A stretch of DNA of 64,000 nt from Macrostomum lignano (lineage: Eukaryota): assembly GCA_002269645.1 (NCBI GenBank), contig NIVC01000434.1:186001-250000 (forward strand), given 5' to 3'. Both the position numbers and the translations under genes were made by a program. Positions within the stretch are counted from its first letter, which is position 1. Every line of letters begins with the position of its first letter. Below, piece by piece: positions 25,765 through 39,400 of this stretch. Below the pieces are notes generated by a model that worked only from the letters and a program-made list of their open reading frames with translations, had not been told where the DNA came from and made no database searches.

Positions 25765-27352
25765 TCCTAATCCTTTGTAGCTACAATGTCTGAAGTCGTC
25801 TGCAAATTAAAAAAAAATCTCAACATGCATGCTACGAGCTTTACTGCTGTGCATTATGACTTTCACAGAATTTATACTACTGGCCATAGACTTCACAACA
25901 AGAGTAGTGCACACGAATTTTAATTCGGCTTCATGGAAATCGCTCGATTTGGCATTCTGTGTATATTCTGTGATGACTTATGAGTGAGTGAGTGCTTCAC
26001 GTATGCCATGCAGACTTTTTCGAATTCCAGGTTAGCCAGTATTGCGTTAGAGTGAATTTATAGTTATATCAGTTATAACTACGTAGTGTTGCCGTAATGC
26101 AATCCGTTATTCAGACTTGATGGTGTGTGGCTTCTTTTATTTAGATTTAAACCAGCTGAATCGTAAACTAACTATGTGTAACCAGTACACAAATACACTG
26201 CACTGCGCGGCCTGATTTATTGAAAGTTGAGTTTTTATCCTGTATGTAAGTGAAACAGTAAAGTGCATTAATAATAGTATAATACTGTATAATAGTTCTA
26301 ATAGTTTACTCGTTTTCATGTTTCTTAGAAAAATCTATTTTAAATCTGCGCTAAAAACAAATCTTTTATCTTTTGTTTAAATGTTGTGAGTTATAAAAAT
26401 ATTTTTCACAATTATTTTTTTGCTTGAAACGATAAGAAATATTAGTATACATAGGAGCCCAGAAGAGGCCAAGAAAAATAAATCGTGTTAACTCGTTTCC
26501 TTCGCGTTACAGTTCTGCGAGCTAAATAACTTGCTCTGAATATATTCGTTCCTATATCAAATCGCTAGATTGCAGTATTCAAAGGCCTTACTCATTTTCT
26601 AGAGTATTAAGCCCCTCATTGGGAATATCAGAAACCGCTAAGAGCGAGGATCGCCTCAGGGCAGGAAAGCACTATAGAGTAGTAAGATCGCCTCAGGGCA
26701 GGAAAAGCGCCTCAGGGCAGGGAAAACGCATAAGGCTGTGACCCTCTGATCCAGGGAACGCCCAGGACTGAGAGAAAACTTATAGGAGTAAATAGAGTAG
26801 ACAGTGCCATTAAACCGCTCAGGCCAAAGAGTACAGTACATGTACAGACGCTACCAATAAGATAAGTAGACGCTACCAATATAAAAGTAGATAGAGAAGT
26901 AGTCACGCTACCAATAAGTATAAGTACATTCGTGCAAAAGGATATTAAGTATAGGAATTAGCCCTGCGACAACTTTGGTGGCAGCTTTAGGATATTTAAT
27001 AATAGGAATTAGAAAAGTAGCCCTACAACAGCTGGTGACTCAGTGGTGGGATAATTTCAGTGAGAGCATTCACGCCTACAACAACTGGTGGCAGCTCATA
27101 AGAAAAGTGACTAGGCAAAGACCAACAGTTAGGATTCTAGAAAGACAAAACTAACAGCCCTAGCACATAAGTAATTTTTACCATCATTACCAGTCAAAAG
27201 TTAACGAAAAAATACAGCTACTAACAGCTACAGCTAAATACTGTAAAAAATACAGTATGATTTTGGCGCGATGTGCTTCGATCGTCGCGCATCTTTTCTG
27301 TGTATTGTAAAATCCAGTTTAAATGGAGCAACTTGCATGTGACTTACATCAT

Positions 27353-29372
27353 TGATGGGTTTCGGCCTTTTCAGCCCCTTTCGGGAAGCCTTCGGGCCTC
27401 AGGTCTCAGAAATAAATCAATTAGAGTCCTGGCCCCCCACTCCTGTCAGATGGTCAGCCCCATGGTAGCTTGATCGTGTGGCGAGCAGTCTAGGTCCTAT
27501 AGCTAAGAGAGGGACAGCGAGAGACGAGCAGGGAGAATTTCGAAGGTAGAGATTAGTTAATCCGCAGATCAGCTAACTCGCTGCCACCAGCCCGTGCGTC
27601 CTGGCTCACCACACCGGGACTCTCGAAATCGGGCTTCCGACTAGAGAGGGCTTTGCACTTACCTGCCAATTAGTGTCTTTTTGCTGTCAATCTCGAAGTC
27701 ATAGCCGATGATAAGGGACACTGCTGGGACTTGATCGCATTGGCCATGCAGGAACAGAGGGGACTTGTGCAGCGGATTCTTGCAGTGGCGAGACTATGGG
27801 GTAGCTACATGTACTATTACATTGCTAAATACGAAGAATTGTACTTTTGGCCTTCAACGCGCCAACTATAGCCTCTCATAGCGCTGATGATAGACTAACT
27901 CGAACATCGGAGACCGCATGATTCATTACCCGAACCGCTTGGCGAATCTAGAGTGCACAGAGTACATCGCTTGCGCCGATTCTGCACTATTGCCAATTTT
28001 GCTCACTGATTTGATAGATTGATCGACTGAGAACCGCCTTGCCATTGGTCCACTACGACCGGCACCTACTACATGTAGCTTAGCTATTCATCTGAGCCAT
28101 CGGCGAACAAAGAAATAAAACCGATAAAAATAACTGTCAGATTTAACCTTCTCACTTATTCACTACACACCTCAGATTGAATTGGAGTTTCAGACAATAA
28201 GAGTATTATTGAATGACCTCTGCCTCAATAACAGCACTACTGAACAATTTGAGCAAAAGTGTGCGCCTAATCCAGCTACTGAAACAGGGGACAGATAGGG
28301 AATCACCCAAATCAAGCAAGTCTAGGCAGCCTCTCACCCAACCAATCAGAAACTCAACAGCCGGAGACCAGGTAATCCACAGTGACCTGATCGGCTTAGT
28401 GCTTCGCAGCTGTAGGCCCGGGATGATGCTGATGTCACAATCTTCGCAGATAGCTAGCAGGTGATGTTCTTAACTTTGATGTTCGCTGCTGACGACCGGG
28501 GGATTCGTCCTTGATGATGACGGGGGGAGTCGCGATCCGGGGATCAAGAGACGACGGTCGCGTGTAGCAGCCGGGTGTCAGGTGACAGGTGACCAGACAA
28601 GGAATTAAGTCTGAGCGGGCCAAAAACGCCGGTTTTTATAGCCGCCAACTGGACCGCAATTTGTTATAATGGAACACATCGATGCTGATTGGCTGAGCCT
28701 GTTTGTTATAACTGACGTCGAATTTTCAGATTGGCTGAGATTGTTGCCACCCAAACGATCACGTGACCAGAGGATCCTATCAGTTCCCTCGGGGCCATCA
28801 AAATACACCAGCAGGTGCAGTCAAAAATTACTCAAAGTCGCTACATAATGATTTATGACCTTTCGCGTAGGAATGACAAAAATTAATAACAAAATATGCA
28901 TTAGAAAGATCTTATTACGTAGAAAGTGAAGATGGTGAAGAAGAATCGATAATCGCTAATCCCAAAGTACTTTTTAGGGGTAAAACGCATAGCTGTCAAA
29001 GCTGTCAAACGCTTGAGTGAACACGAACAATAGGCTCTGACCTCATAAATCTGATGGCCTGTCAAAGATGATGTGAAAAAAGCTACCGCCCGCATCCTCT
29101 CAGACCATCTGGCGCCAGCCTCAGCACTGAGTTAGGCGCAGGTGGCTGTCAGACCAGCTCATAAGCAATGATTTATGACCCCAAAAGTAGCAAAAACCGC
29201 ACCTATGTTTTCATAGCTACAATTATGGCAGATTCATACGAGTCCTACGAGTATGAATTCTAGGAAAATTACATAGAAAGAAGAAAAATGCCCATAGCCT
29301 GCTGTTAGTAGGCTAGCAAGTTTGGAGCCTATGTGCGAGCGTGAAATTTGGGAAAAGTGCGTCCTCAGATCA
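27353..29372 (-). mobile_element. Solo LTR A (2020 bp), TG..CA ends, 4-bp TSD
   Basis: Minus strand starts TGATCTGAGGACGCAC and ends AAACCCATCA; TCAT flanks both ends (27349-27352, 29373-29376); two CCAAT boxes (28734-28730, 28692-28688) and TATAAAA (28640-28634); homologous in blocks to 50676-52703. Confidence 0.8.
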
Positions 29373-30463
29373 TCATGATCATGTGTACATGTAAAGACAT
29401 CACGTACGTGGAGTTTATCATAATCAATATAAACTCCAAGAAAAATGTTTTAAGTTTTACTCTTAGGCAAATTATTGCTAGTGCGGTGGTGATCCGGGTG
29501 CAACGTTAAAGTTGACGTTGAAGTTGACGTCGCTATCCACGTCGTCGATGCAATGTAAAAGTAGATATTTGTAAGCAATCGATTGACATCGCGGAAACAG
29601 ATCGGCCTCCAACTTTTTTAGTTTCCCATCCCTAGTTATTTAGTAGTCCCTGTGTGCAACCGAGGTTTAGGAAACCGCGGCCCAGCAGGTTTGGTACCCC
29701 TGTTGTTCCCATTTTTTGCAGTTCTATCAAACTACTGTCATGCTGTACGACAATGTATGTGAAGCTTATATTAGCTTTGATGTTTCTTACCGAAAAGAAA
29801 GAAGCTCCCGATCGAGCACAGCTTTAGCGTCCTGCTATGGCGCCCTCTAATTCGGCTTACTGGGCACCTCACAATGGCAGTTAAAGCTAAGCAACCTCAA
29901 AGACGACGGAGCTAGAGGGAGCTACCACACACGACGCGGCGGCCCCCCATTGGCACGTTGTCACAATAAAAGCTACATTCCCAAATAAATTATTTTCCTG
30001 GCTGCGCCCTTGAGAAGTGGTGATGTATTTAGTCGAAAATAAATTGCCCTTAAGATTACAGCTTGTTATCCGTTGCGATATACATTTGTATTTTAGCGAT
30101 ATTCAGCATTGCTTATCGAAAATTGTTTAACTACCTATTTGTTTTAAACGAACAGGTAATTTGCAAGTTACTAGTCAATTTTATCATTTTGGCAAAAACA
30201 GGACATTAAAAATCTTGTTATCATTTAAATGCAGAGTTTTTAGTTAAACTTTTATTTCGTATTATTTAAATTTGTGAATTTTCTACGAAACATAATCAAA
30301 CTGCACTTTGCATTAAAAAACTAAGAACTCACAACCACATGTGCACTGCATATAAAACTACTTAACTAGAAATTTGGCATAAATTAGTATTACTTCTGCT
30401 CACTCTGACTCTGGCAGCAGAAAATTGTGTTAACTTGCTCCAGAGTCTAACTACATTAGAACG

Positions 30464-33400
30464 ATGGCTACATATTTAAATCTAGACGTAGTGCATTACA
30501 TTTGCTCGTGCAAAGTTAGCAAGCCTTTATGCCGCCTTTATCTATGCAAACACTGTTTTGAACTTCGATGTCAAGATTGTGTACTTCCAGAGGTATGCAT
30601 TTTCAGTTACTCTAAGTATAGAATATTTAGTATAATAATATATTTAATTTAGTATTGTTGCATTGACTATTGCCATATCATATGGCATAGGCTATGCAAA
30701 TTGTCGTTTATATGCTCTTGCTGATCTGTATTTGAATAGTCATAATATTGAAAGCATAGTGCTAAGCATAGGCCTAATAAAAATAAAACTTCCATTTATT
30801 TTTTAGGCCTATATAAAATTATTGATCAACAGCAACAACAACCAACTACACCAATATAGGTACACATGCCTAACACCCATCTAACCTGTCCAAATTGGAC
30901 AAGTGAAATGGCTGCTGGCCAAGGTAAATCACAAAACTGAAAATGCAAAAAAATAAAAAATTAGGGAAAAAAGAAGGTAGTTGTTATTTGTCCAGTGACT
31001 AGAGGAATAGCAATGTGGTTATTTGTCTGGTTACTGGATAATGACCATGCTTTCCTATTCGTCTGGTTAATACTAGGCCTAGACAAATAGGCATTTTGCT
31101 GTTTGTCTGGTTAAATTGATAATGCTAAAATATCTATTTCATAGAAACTACATGGGTAAATATTCCTAGACTGCAAATACTTCTTACTCGTATCTTGATT
31201 ATTATGTTGTTATACTAGTGTGTGTTAATATATCAAATTATGCCAAATTGAATAAATTGCTTTGCTTACTAGTATATAAGACAATATTAATCAGTATATG
31301 AGAAAAGGTCTTAAAAATCTAGAATATCCATCATGAAACAAATAGATATTTGTATTAGCAATTTAACTAGACAAATAGTAAAAAGGCTATTTATCCGGTC
31401 ACTAGACAAATAAAAATTGCCAAGAAAAAAGGAGAGGAAAAGAAAAGAAGGAAAAGAAAAAGAGGAGAAAGAGGAGAGAAAGAAAAAAGAGAAAAATGAG
31501 TGAAAGGCAAAAAAATTCATATACAAAGTGAAAATTAAGTCACAATCAAGAGGAACTAAGTTGCAATCAGGAGAAACTAAGTCACAAATCTGGACAAAAC
31601 TAAGTTGCACCAGATAGGTGAAATTTTAAGGTTGGACATGTGTATACACCAACCTTGGGCAAGCCATGTTGGGTTGCTATCAAAAGGTATGTAGCAATGT
31701 GCAGATTTGCACAGAATAGCAAGTTTGCAAGGGTTAGATTTTAATGTCTCTTAGAAGCTGTTATGACTTCTTCTCTAGCAGAAAACAGTGAGCGAAGACC
31801 TCTTAATAATTACTTTCAAAAACCAAGCGTCTTATTTGATGTTATCATAACATTTTTTTTTATTTTCAAGCTTGAAGCATCACTTTTTTTAGCTTATGGC
31901 TGGGTGTGTGCAATTGAGTTGTCTATGGCCATACCCAACAGAAGCTAGTTGTCAAATACAGACTTGTTTTTGCCTAACCAAGCCACTGTGGCCCTTGAAA
32001 TGATAGCCTAGTTAGTAGCAACATATCCTAAAGTGGCTTAGGGCAGTAGTGCTCTGCTTAGATAATGTTACTAACTAGCTATAAGTGCCAAATGTGTAGA
32101 GCTAGTTAGGTCATTAAAGCTAGACCTATCAATATAGCTTGTTTAACCTAAATTCTTGCTTTACACTGAATTTTAAGAGGCCTACATCTAATAGTTTGTA
32201 GTGTATTCACTATATTTTAGGTATTGTAGCATATTTCTATTTTCTATGATATTCTATAATATGCTTAAATCTTCATATTCTAGAAAGTTCTCCAATTAAA
32301 CAATGCATATATATGAAATAAGATAGTGTATAGTAAAATATTTGTATTCTAAAAACTTCCACATAAACACTCACTTACTATATTTGGTATTTTAAACTCT
32401 TGCGCACCCTTTCTAGAAACTACTTTTTTAACTTTCTGGATTCTAGAATATGTTCTATCAATACAAATAAAATTATATAACACCTTAACATGCAATTATT
32501 CAAGTCTCTTTCTTTTCCATAAAGGAAAACAATCAGAGCAAAACCAAAGCAAACAAACCACTAGGTTTTATGCCTCAATTATTTTTGCAATCCTATAAGT
32601 TCACTATCATCTTTACTTTGTGGACTTCTTAAAGGCCTTTGAATTAGTTTTGAGGTAGGTTATTATAAACATTTTGCTCATATATCATATAGTTGAGCAG
32701 CTACTGATAGCTATGTTAGCTCTATATTAAGAATCTTAGATAGTAGTTGTGATACTAGATTACCTTTCTAAGCTTTTGACATATCCTCTAGCATTCTCCA
32801 AGGGGACACCTTGGCCCCATTTGTTTTTTCTTATCTAGGACTAAATACTATATACTAGCCTCTTTGATAACTAGAAGACCAAAGGATTTTTTTCTGCAAA
32901 ATAAGCAAGCAATACCCTGAGAACCAACTCTATCTTAGTGTACATGGATGACCTAGTGCTATTGTCTAACATAGCTGAAGGAGCCTAACACCTACTAGAC
33001 TAGTTGATAGTAATGGCCATTACAATTGGACTACCCATGAATACCAAAAAGACAATGGAGCTTACTGTGCCAATAGACCTCCCAGCTAAATCTATACCAT
33101 TGCATAAACAGGCAGGTTGTATAATATTGCTGCCCTATGCAAAGAGTTTATTTATCTTAGTAGTCTTGTACCAAGTATCATGGATGACATGGCATAGCAC
33201 TTGGGGCACATCCACACTAGGGTGGACTGTCTTGCAGTGCCCCACATTGCTAGATTGACTAAAAGGGCAGCTTTTCTAGGCTATCATAAAAACCATCCTC
33301 CTTTACAATGCTAAAACATGGATACTGATTAGCCCATAGGAATGGCAAATCGAAGCTACTTATGCTAGACTTCTAAGAACCACTTTTGATATCTACTATT

Positions 33401-36400
33401 TAATAAAGCAATACAATTTTCTATTTGAGAATGATATGTAATTGAACCATTGACATTGCATTCTAAAAAAACTAAGCTTAGGCTTGTTGCTTATGTATAG
33501 ATACTTTTATATTTATTAATCAAGTGGTCCAAAGGCCAAAAGATTTCTAAATTAATTTAAATGTGTATCATAAATGAAAATTGAAAAGATATTCTAGTCC
33601 CTATAAATTAAGGTTTGAAATACTGTACTTAATAAGATGATATAAATGTTGAATAATTCTAGCATATAGAGTGATCTGGCATTAACTGTTGGCATAATTG
33701 TTATATAGAGGGGCCTTGGATACCCCTTGGTATACAGCTTAATACGAGTATACACAGATCATGAAGACAACAGGTGGGATTGAGTGTGTATATAGCTGTC
33801 TGTCTCTAATACAAAATACTTCATCTTTATGACTATGAATTACATTTTGCTGCCAGGCGAGCTTACTATTTCTTACACTTCTTGTCCCTCCAACATATGC
33901 TCAACAGGTGGACTGCCAATACTGCCCCAACTGCCTAGACTATATGTCATCTGGCGAGGCCAAGGTAAAAAAGAACCGCTGCAGTGCCTGCTATGACTGT
34001 CCCAGCTGCGGCCACACCCTGTCTACTAGGGCCACCTCTGCCACTCTGCCAAGCCCCGACGATCCAACAAAACAGGTCGCTCAGAAAGTCTATTACCTGC
34101 TGTGCGCATTCTGTCGGTAAGTACGAGCGTACTTTATCAGATTCTATATCAGTGCACCCAGAGTCTTGTGTTAATTCACTTCATTGGCCTTATTATGTGT
34201 CAACTAATTCCCAAATATCCCCTGAGAATTTGAGATTTATCACAAATACTTTTAGGGACATGGTGGCTACACGTCACACTCTAATTAGGTGGGTACCCGT
34301 CACAAAGACTCGTATGAACTTGGTGGGTGCCCGTCACAAAGACTCGTATGAACTGGGTAGGTACCCGTTAAAAAGACTTGTATGAACTGGGTGGGTACCC
34401 ATCACAAAGGCACTAGAGCAAAGGTACTCTTCACAAAGACTCATATCAACTAGGATTGGGTGGGTACCCGTCGCACAGAGTCAAAGACTCTACTATATAG
34501 AGTTGCTACTGGTAAGCAACAAAGAACTCAGACATGCCAGACAGTTTCGATCCATCATCACAAAGTCTGAATCTGAATTTTAATAACGCCAATCAGTTGG
34601 ACCACACGAGACGGCGGCATACCGGACCAGCGGGCGCCCTCTGTCCCGTGGCGCAACCTGGCCCAGGGCGCCGAGCTCAGGCAGGACAATTCCAAGCGAT
34701 TAACCACCCTGACCGAGGCGTTTCGCCAGCTGGCTCTGAAAGAGAAGGCCGAGAAGGAGCGCAAGAAGATTGCAGTTAGAAAGAAATCGTTTTTCTCCCC
34801 GGGTCTGACCGATCGATACGGCCTGGCCTCTGTGGCTTTGCGAAAGAAGAGTCTGGCCAATCCCAGCCATTTCACGTGAGTTGCTGGCCTGCACCTGATG
34901 CCTAGCTAGTAGTTGCACTAGTAACCTGGTTATATGCTTTGGTACTAATCCCATTTTATTCCTTCGTGTATTCACCACTGCTGTCCCATTGTGTGTTGGG
35001 GGGGGTCACTGCTGTCCCATTGTGTGTTTGGGGGGGTCACTGCTGTCCCATTGTGTGTTGGGGGAGGTCACTGCTGCCCCATTGTGTGTTTGGGGGGGGG
35101 GTCACTGCTGCCCCATTGTGTGTGTTTGGGGGGGGGGGTCACTGCTGCCCCATTGTGTGTTTGGGGGGGGTCACTGCTGCCCCATTGTGTGTGTTTGGGG
35201 GAGGTCACTGCTGCCCCATTGTGTGTTTGGGGGGGGGTCACTGCTGCCCCATTGTGTGTTTGGAGGGGTCACTGCTGCCCCATTGTGTGTGTTTGGGGGG
35301 GGGGTCACTGCTGCCCCATTGTGTGTTTGGGGGGGGGGGTCACTGCTGCCCCATTGTGTGTTTGGGGGGGGGTCACTGCTGCCCCATTGTGTGTGTTTGG
35401 GGGGAGGTCACTGCTGCCCCATTGTGTGTTTGGGGGGGTCACTGCTGCCCCATTGTGTGTTTGGGGGGGTCACTGCTGCCCCATTGTGTGTGTTTGGGGG
35501 GAGGTCACTGCTGCCCCATTGTGTGTTTGGGGGGGGGTCACTGCTGCCCCATTGTGTGTTTGGAGGGGTCACTGCTGCCCCATTGTGTGTTTGGGGGGGG
35601 GGGTCACTGCTGCCCCATTGTGTGTTGGGGGGGTCACTGCTGCCCCATTGTGTGTGTTTGGGGGGAGGTCACTGCTGCCCCATTGTGTGTTTGGGGGGGG
35701 GGTCACTGCTGCCCCATTGTGTGTTTGGAGGGGTCACTGCTGCCCCATTGTGTGTGTTTGGGGGGGTCACTGCTGCCCCATTGTGTGTGTTTGGGGGGAG
35801 GTCACTGCTGCCCCATTGTGTGTTTGGGGGGGGGGTCACTGCTGCCCCATTGTGTGTTTGGAGGGGTCACTGCTGCCCCATTGTGTGTGTTTGGGGGGGT
35901 CACTGCTGCCCCATTGTGTGTTTGGGGGGGGTCACTGCTGCCCCATTGTGTGTGTTGGGGGTGGGTCACTGCTGCCCCATTGTGTGTTGGGGGGGGGGTC
36001 ACTGCTGCCCCATTGTGTGTTGAGGGGGGTCACTGCTGCCCCATTGTGTGTTGAGGGGGGGTCACTGCTGCCCCATTGTGTATTTGGGGGGGGTCACTGC
36101 TGCCCCATTGTGTGTTTGGAGGGGTCACTGCTGCCCCATTGTGTGTGTTTGGGGGGGTCACTGCTGCCCCATTGTGTGTTTGGGGGGGTCACTGCTGCCC
36201 CATTGTGTGTGTTGGGGGTGGGTCACTGCTGCCCCATTGTGTGTTGGGGGGGTCACTGCTGCCCCATTGTGTGTTGAGGGGGTCACTGCTGCCCCATTGT
36301 GTGTTGAGGGGGGTCACTGCTGCCCCATTGTGTATTTGGGGGGGGGGTCACTGCTGCCCCATAGTGTGTTTGGGGGGGTCACTGCTGCCCCATTGTGTGT

Positions 36401-39400
36401 TTGGGGGGGTCACTGCTGCCCCATTGTGTATTTGGGGGGGGGGTCACTGCTGCCCCATAGTGTGTTTGGGGGGGGGGTCACTGCTGCCCCATTGTGTGTC
36501 CGCAGAACTTGCATGGTGTCGTCTTGCTATTGTATAGTTTGGCCTGTTGAGTGTCCGGCTTTAAAAGCTAAATTAATCTGCAAACTATACACTGCTTTTT
36601 TGGCAGCTTTTGTTTGTCACGGCTCCGTACTAGACAAATATTTAAGCAAAATCAAACTTCAGATTCAAGCTTGTACCGCTATTCGATGACGAAGCTAATG
36701 ACAGGTTAAAACTGTTTATGATTGAATATAATTTATAGAAAACTATTTTTTACTATTTATGTGTCTTTTACTACTTTCAATTCAAGTAATAAGTAGTGCA
36801 TGATATGATTGGGAAGTTTTTTATGCATGCTTGAATTTTTATGTATTTAATTTTTACTGAATTAGATTTTCATTACTCGTACTTTTCTCTTTAACAGTAG
36901 AAAAGGAGTTTTTTACTTTCAATCTAAGCAGCTGCAATCAGAGTTGATGTGCGAATTGCAATTGCAATCTTAAACGTGCTGCAGACAGTCAAATTCGAAC
37001 GCAAACATTCATTTCAGCGTATTGAGATTTCACATCGTCAAAAAACAGAATCTTTCACATTTTCACAAGCTCAATATTATGTATACTCGAAACTTGACAA
37101 ACTCGGAATTTTGCATCGTCAAAAGTTGTGAGCTTGCTAAAAGTTTCGAGCTTGCAAAATGTTCGAGCTTGTGAAGTTTCGAGCTTGTGAAGTTTCGAGA
37201 TTGTGAAGCTTCGAGATTGTAAAAGTTACGAGCTTGGAAGTTTCGAGCTTGTGAAGCTTCGAGCTTGTGAAGTTTCGAGCTTGTGAAGCTTCGAGCTTGT
37301 GAAGCTTCGAGATTGTGAAGCTTCGAGATTATGAATCTTCGAGCTTGTGAAGCTTCGAGCTTGTGAAGCTTCGAGCTTGTGAAGCTTCGAGCTTGTGAAG
37401 CTTCGAGCTTGTGAAGCTTCGAGATTGTGAAGCTTCGAGATTGTGAAGCTTCGAGCTTGTGAAGCTTCGAGATTGTGAAGCTTCGAGCTTGTGAAGCTTC
37501 GAGATTGTGAAGCTTCGAGCTTGTGAAGCTTCGAGATTGTGAAGCTTCGAGATTGTGAAGCTTCGAGATTGCAAAATATTCGAGCTTGTAAAATTTTGAG
37601 CTTGAGAAGCTTCGAGCTTGTGAAGCTTCGAGCTTGTGAAGCTTCAAGCTTGTGAAGCTTCGAGATTGTGAAGCTTCGAGCTTGTGAAGCTTCGAGCTTG
37701 TGAAGCTTCGAGCTTGGAAGTTTCGAGCTTGTGAAGTCTCAAGCTTATAAAAGTTTCGAGCTTGTAAAAAGCGAACCTAAACGCCTAGCTGAACCAACAG
37801 CCACTTCATTAACCACTTAACCGCAGGCCTCCAACTGTGGACATACCCGAAGCTCAAGCCACCGAGGACCCCCCAGACGATCTGGACGAAGCCTACTGGC
37901 TGCCGCCGGTGCCCGAGCAGTCGCCGCTGGCGCCGGGGCTGCACACCCGCAGCAGCCTGTTGCAGCGCCTCGCCGACCCGGAGATCCAGCCGGAGCGCAG
38001 CAGCCAGCTCGCTCCCATCAGCAAGCCGGTGCTGTGCAAACGGTCGCTTCGCTGTCGCCAGTGCGATCACAATTTGAGCAAGCCGGAGCTAAATCCGGCC
38101 GCGCCTAAGTTTAAAATTAACCTGTGCGCCCTTTACAATGTGCCCGAGATGCGCCTGTACAGCGTGGGAGATGGAGAGGGCGGAGAGGGCGACGACTGGT
38201 GAGTGTGTTGGGCAGGTCATCGGAATTGGGGCCGGAAATTTTTATTTGGGGATCAATATGTGGGATGGGGACTCAGTTTGTGGGATAAATATAGTGTGCG
38301 ATGGGGATTTCAGTTTGTGGAATAAATATAATATGGAATGGGGACTCAGTTTGTGGGATAAATATAGTGTGCGATGGGGATTTCAGTTTGTGGGATAAAT
38401 ATAGTGTGCGATGGGGATTTCAGTTTATGGGATAAATATAGTGTGGAATGGGGATTTCAGTTTGTGGAATAAATATAGTGTGGGATGGGGATTTCTGTTT
38501 GTGGAATAAATATAGTGTGGAATGGGGATTTCAGTTTGTGGAATAAATATAGTGTGCGATGGGGATTTCAGTTTATGGGATAAATATAGTGTGGAATGGG
38601 GATTTCAGTTTGTGGGATAAATATAGTGTGCGATGGGGATTTCAGTTTATGGGATAAATATAGTGTGGAATGGGGATTTCAGTTTGTGGAATAAATATAG
38701 TGTGGGATGGGGATTTCTGTTTGTGGAATAAATATAGTGTGGGATGGGGATTTCTGTTTGTGGAATAAATATAGTGTGGGATGGGGACTCAGTTTATGGG
38801 ATAAATATAGTGTGCGATGGGGATTTCTGTTTATGGGATAAATATAGTGTGCGATGGGGATTTCAGTTTGTGGGATAAATATAGTGTGCGATGGGGATTT
38901 CTGTTTATGGGATAAATATAGTGTGGGATGGGGATTTCAGTTTATGGGATAAATATAGTGTGCGATGGGGATTTAAGTTTATGGGATAAATATAGTGTGC
39001 GATGGGGATTTCTGTTTATGGGATAAATATAGTGTGGGATGGGGATTTCTGTTTGTGGAATAAATATAGTGTGCGATGGGGATTTCAGTTTGTGGGATAA
39101 ATATAGTGTGCGATGGGGATTTCAGTTTATGGGATAAATATAGTGTGGAATGGGGATTTCAGTTTGTGGAATAAATATAGTGTGGGATGGGGATTTCTGT
39201 TTGTGGAATAAATATAGTGTGGAATGGGGACTCAGTTTGTGGGATAAATATAGTGTGGGATGGGGATTTCAGTTTATGGGATAAATATAGTGTGGGATGG
39301 GGATTTCAGTTTATGGGATAAATATAGTGTGCGATGGGGATTTCTGTTTATGGGATAAATATAGTGTGGGATGGGGATTTCAGTTTATGGGATAAATATA

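Noticed and set aside
27353-27420. Hammerhead-ribozyme-like CTGA..GA GGCC..GGCC GAAA near the LTR 3' end (also 52655-52700), and CTGATGAG at 50675
   Set aside because: The core has 4-5 nt where CUGANGA allows one, B lacks the G of GAAA, and no stem III/UH cleavage site or stem II could be formed
34939-36689. Cys/Gly-rich ORFs up to 428 aa
   Set aside because: Translations of the intronic minisatellite in all three frames
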